This document shows, in pieces, positions 60,205 through 64,000 of a stretch of DNA of 64,000 bases. Numbering within the stretch: the stretch's first letter is position 1; each line of letters opens with the position of its first letter. Both the position numbers and the translations under genes were made by a program. This stretch comes from Candidatus Bathyarchaeum tardum (GTDB taxonomy: Archaea > Thermoproteota > Bathyarchaeia > Bathyarchaeales > Bathyarchaeaceae), in NCBI GenBank assembly GCA_024650005.2, contig CP122380.1:448001-512000 (forward strand). Direction: 5' to 3'. The notes below the pieces were generated by a model. The model was not told where the DNA came from. It saw only the letters and a list, made by a program, of their open reading frames with translations, and ran no database searches.

Positions 60205-60609
60205 TTATTTAGAACCAACAGTGTACAAAAATTCCACAAGTTTTAAGATTTCATCTCGTAGCTTTATTTGAGACTCTGTCCATTGGTTTAGCGTATTCCA
60301 ACTCTCCTCTGAAGCTCTGATGTATTTTTCTGTGAACGTTCGATTTTGTCCATTTTGTTTCGAATTCCATCCACTGGCATAACTTTTAGTTTGGTTAAAT
60401 AATTTGATAATTCGTGTACAGTAACCAGTGATGGCATTAGTTTCTGATAGATATTGTTGTTTTGCATGATTAGCGACAAGAAAAAGACGATTTAAATTAG
60501 TCATGTATTTTTCTGCGTTTCCCAACCAACTGTCTAGAGATGCAAAACAGTCTTTGTCATCATAAAGCATATCCAACTCTTCGAGAATTTTTGCGTCTAT
60601 TGCTCTCAT
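60205..60609 (-). CDS. Hypothetical helical protein
   Basis: 134-aa ORF with AGGAG before ATG; no recognisable motif. Confidence 0.65.
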   Translation of the reverse strand: MRAIDAKILEELDMLYDDKDCFASLDSWLGNAEKYMTNLNRLFLVANHAKQQYLSETNAITGYCTRIIKLFNQTKSYASGWNSKQNGQNRTFTEKYIRASEESWNTLNQWTESQIKLRDEILKLVEFLYTVGSK

Positions 60610-60654
60610 TTGCTGTCTCCTTTGATATTTTCGAGTAAAAACATTTTGAATAAA

Positions 60655-61062
60655 CTAGATTGGGGTATACGTTCTCGGGTCTATGTGCAAAATTTCATTG
60701 TCTATCTTTTTCAAGAGTTTGTCAAGAATTTTCTCTTTTGTTCTCAATTCTTTTTTTGAAACACTTTTTCCCCTTGGGCATGATTCGTCAATCATTGCTA
60801 CTCCTTCATTTGTTACATGCATAACTGGATATATGTAGCAGCCTAGGGGCCTGTTTTCATATATTTTACATCTCTTTTTGGTTCGACTGTAAAAATAACA
60901 ATATCCGTCAACATTTCTGAGCCGGATACCATATTTGTCTATAACTGCAAATTCTTCTAAGTGATAACCTTTCACATTTAACTGGTGCACATCATTGCTT
61001 GAAAGTTCCATCATTGTTTGTTCACAACAAATTCCACAATTTGAGCAACGCATGTTAAACAT
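60655..61062 (-). CDS. YkgJ/CxxCxxCC family Zn/Fe-cluster protein
   Basis: CSNCGICC, CYFY, CKIYENRPLGCYIYP, CP. Confidence 0.85.
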   Translation of the reverse strand: MFNMRCSNCGICCEQTMMELSSNDVHQLNVKGYHLEEFAVIDKYGIRLRNVDGYCYFYSRTKKRCKIYENRPLGCYIYPVMHVTNEGVAMIDESCPRGKSVSKKELRTKEKILDKLLKKIDNEILHIDPRTYTPI

Positions 61063-61326
61063 CTCTCCCCTACATATACAAACAACAGAGATGTAATGAA
61101 CCTTTGGGTGTATAACTAAATTTTAATTGGCAACCAAAAAATGGCTTTTTTCCTGTCGGTGCTGCATATTAATGGTCTCAAACCGCCTTTCAAAGACTAA
61201 TTTGTATTTTTACTGTTTTTTAGTGACAATACGAAATGTAACCTGAACCTATTTATTGTTATATATTGTAAAATAAGCCACATTTTTCGGAAAAATTATT
61301 TTTTTGTCACCTAATTTTTTTGTTAT

Positions 61327-63321
61327 TTAATTGTTTTCTTTATTGATAAAATGGGATAAGTCGAGTACTGGAATCACTCGACCGTTTCCGAGAATGGTGA
61401 ATCCACTGTATCCTTTGCTGTTTATCATGGTTTCTGCTAGGGGTTTGATCATTATTTCTTGTTGACCAATAACTGAATCGATTACTATCCCAACTTTTTG
61501 ATCCTCATTGCTGCAATGAGTTACCAAAACTTCTAGGTTGTCTGGTTCTTCACAGCTTTCAATTTTTAGTAATTCATGTAAATGAAGCAAAGGCAAAACT
61601 CGACCCCGAACAACTATTGCCCGGAACCCGCTGAGCATTTTTACTTCTTGTTTTGGTATCCTAACAATTTCTGTAACCAAACTGGTTGGAATGGCAAAAG
61701 TCTGGTTAGTGTCCTTAACCAAAAGGGAAGTAACAATAGCCAAAGTAGGCGGTAACCGAAGACTAATTCGGGTTCCAGTGCCTTTTTTTGATTCCATGTT
61801 CACTGATCCTCCTAGCGCGTTAGTTTTGGTTTTCACAACATCCATTCCAACTCCACGTCCGCTGGTTTCAGTGATTGTTTTGGAGGTAGACATTCCTGGC
61901 AGAAAAATTAAGTTTATAAGTTGATCATCCGTCATTTTTTCTGCTTCTGCCTCAGACAAAAAGCCTTTTTTTATTGCAGAATTTTTAACTTTCTGGGGGT
62001 CAATTCCTGAACCGTCATCCGAAACTTCAATTATTACATGTTCCCCTTTGCGTTTAGCAAACAAATTTATTGTTCCCGTTGGATGCTTTCCTGATGATTT
62101 TCTTTCTTCGGGGGTTTCTATTCCATGGTCAACACTATTTCTAATAATATGAATAAGAGGCTGACCAATCTCATCCAAGACTGTCCTGTCAACTTCTATT
62201 TCTCGACCTTCAACAATCAAGTTAGTTTTTTTGCCTTTCTTGCGGGACAAATCCCTTACTAATCTTGGGAATCGATCAAAAATCTGGCTAACTGGAACCA
62301 TCCGAATCTGCATCGCCAAATCCTGTAAATCCGCAGTTAAACGGTCAATATTGCCCGCAAGGCGTCGCAACGAATCATCTTTGGTTTCTGTGGTCATCTG
62401 AAGCAACGCAATCTTGTTAATCACAAGCTCCCCTGTAAGATTCATCAACTCGTCAAGCTGTTCAAAATGAACTCGAACAGTTTGAGGAGTTTTCACATCA
62501 ACAGCAACCTTAGACTTAGTTTCTGTCATCTGTTTTTTGTTTTTAGTTTCCGCTGACTTTACACCAAACAATTCAACATTAGCCTTTTCTACCTCACAAA
62601 CAGACTCAACACACTTTATAACTTCTGTTTTTGTTTCTTCAGTAACAAAAACAACTTTGAATTTTTCTTCAATTTTTTCCGCTTTAATGGCTTTTTTATC
62701 TGGAAACGTAGAAATTACCTTGCCCTTTTTTGCAAGATTTTCCAAAACCATGTTTGCTCGTAAGGACTTGAATCCACAGTCAGCTGTAAACTTAACGTCA
62801 ACCACAAAACAATTCTTGCCCTCTTTCATGGCTTTTTCAATTATCTCATTTTCTTTTTCACAAAGTTCAACCGCCGCTGATATTTTTTGACTCTGCTTTT
62901 TCGCTTTTTTTTCTTTGGTTTTTTTGGTTGAATTTTGATTGTTTTTAGAAAATTCTTGGAGTCTTTCCACAAATTTGGCTGTATCAATTTTTTCATCAGA
63001 CCCTTCTTGTATGCTTTCAAGGCGTATTGTTAACGCGTCAATGCATTCCAGCAGGACGTCTATCATGTCACTTGAGACTTCTCCGCCTTTTCGTAACCCG
63101 TCAAAAATGTCTTCCATGGCGTGGGCTAAATCTTGAAGGTCTTTAAAGCCCATCATGCCTGAAGAGCCCTTCAAGGTGTGGGCTGAACGGAAAATGTTAT
63201 TCAGTGAATCAGAATTTTTTGGGTCTTTTTCTAGAATCAATAACGCTTGCGTTACAGTGTCAATGTGTTCTAGTGCCTCTTCTACGAAAGCTTCCCTGTA
63301 TTCTTCCATGTCTAAAGACAA
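61327..63321 (-). CDS. cheA: Chemotaxis histidine kinase CheA
   Basis: HPt FRSAHTLKG, IRNSVDHGIE, DDGSG, SGRGVGMDVV, C-terminal CheW-like domain. Confidence 0.97.
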   Translation of the reverse strand: MSLDMEEYREAFVEEALEHIDTVTQALLILEKDPKNSDSLNNIFRSAHTLKGSSGMMGFKDLQDLAHAMEDIFDGLRKGGEVSSDMIDVLLECIDALTIRLESIQEGSDEKIDTAKFVERLQEFSKNNQNSTKKTKEKKAKKQSQKISAAVELCEKENEIIEKAMKEGKNCFVVDVKFTADCGFKSLRANMVLENLAKKGKVISTFPDKKAIKAEKIEEKFKVVFVTEETKTEVIKCVESVCEVEKANVELFGVKSAETKNKKQMTETKSKVAVDVKTPQTVRVHFEQLDELMNLTGELVINKIALLQMTTETKDDSLRRLAGNIDRLTADLQDLAMQIRMVPVSQIFDRFPRLVRDLSRKKGKKTNLIVEGREIEVDRTVLDEIGQPLIHIIRNSVDHGIETPEERKSSGKHPTGTINLFAKRKGEHVIIEVSDDGSGIDPQKVKNSAIKKGFLSEAEAEKMTDDQLINLIFLPGMSTSKTITETSGRGVGMDVVKTKTNALGGSVNMESKKGTGTRISLRLPPTLAIVTSLLVKDTNQTFAIPTSLVTEIVRIPKQEVKMLSGFRAIVVRGRVLPLLHLHELLKIESCEEPDNLEVLVTHCSNEDQKVGIVIDSVIGQQEIMIKPLAETMINSKGYSGFTILGNGRVIPVLDLSHFINKENN

Positions 63322-63838
63322 TTTTGATATCTCTCCTTGATGAATCTCTGTGTTGGTGGCTAACCTAAGGTAATGTATGGCTTAGTTTTGCAAACTAAAA
63401 TTATTTACCCATGTGTGTGAATGAATGCGACATCTATGCTGTAATTACGGTCTTGATTCATTATTTGAGAAGTTAGCATATCTGGTGTATTTTACTTGAT
63501 GCTAAATGTGGTTTTATCTTTTGGATTTTTTTTTTGGAATTTTCCGTTTGATTTATCATACTGATATAAAAATTATAGTTTTCTTTTGGGATGCAAAACC
63601 ACAAGAATAATCTTGAATCAAACGACATAATGCTCTTATTTGAGAGAATATATGTAATGGTTATTCGAAGTGGGTGGATAGAAAATGTCTCAAAATAAAT
63701 ACAAAGTTGACATTAAACAAAACAGAAGCGCCAACCTTCTGCATGTTAATCAACTCTGTAATTATCTGTCTCTCGTTTTATCTCCCATTCTGCCCACTTC
63801 CCAGAAAAATCCAAAAAAAATAGGAGGTGGGAAATATA

Positions 63839-64000
63839 ATGAGAAGAACTCTTAAAAATCGCTTAGCTTTGAGCACAGTAGTAACAACACTGATCATACT
63901 GGTAATTTCAGTTCTGCTCGCCGGAGTAGTTTCTTACTTCGCAATCAACGTCACCAGTACCCGTGTTCAAGAAGAATCATTGCACATCACAAAACATAAC
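63839..64000 (+). CDS. Archaellin/type IV pilin-like protein with class III signal peptide (5' part only)
   Basis: AGGAGGTGG then MRRTLKNRLA|LSTVVTTLIILVISVLLAGVVSYFAINVTSTRVQEESL; open to window end. Confidence 0.8.
   Translation, partial: MRRTLKNRLALSTVVTTLIILVISVLLAGVVSYFAINVTSTRVQEESLHITKHN

Noticed and set aside
1-64000. CRISPR arrays, tRNA, rRNA, transposases, integrases
   Set aside because: No regularly spaced repeats, cloverleaf signatures or transposase motifs seen by eye; a covariance-model scan would be needed to exclude small RNAs

Overview
AT-rich archaeal chromosome segment. Thermosome, gatCAB, DGGGP synthase, frequent TTG/GTG starts, large beta-propeller surface proteins and an ALSTVVTTLIILV pilin/archaellin N-terminus point to Bathyarchaeia (inference). 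The left ~38 kb holds six cobalamin-binding radical SAM paralogues, two SPASM radical SAM proteins, a tetraether-synthase (Tes/GDGT-MAS) homologue coupled to a diverged DGGGP synthase, two class I methyltransferases, four glycosyltransferases, cobamide nucleotide-loop genes (cbiB, cobD, cobY, cobS, a CbiA-like gene lacking its catalytic Cys) and two odd FeS redox proteins (stand-alone RnfD fused to an RnfC-type ferredoxin; aldo-keto reductase-ferredoxin lacking its catalytic Tyr). My best reading is a B12-powered membrane-lipid tailoring locus; cobamide/tetrapyrrole tailoring is the main alternative. The right part holds gatB/PAC2/gatA/gatC, surface proteins, a chemotaxis system split in two (cheY-D-C-C-R-MCP-W-B and cheA), a thermosome subunit and the start of a pilin/archaellin gene. 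No CRISPR array, tRNA, rRNA or transposase was recognised. All family calls are by motif recognition, without database searches.
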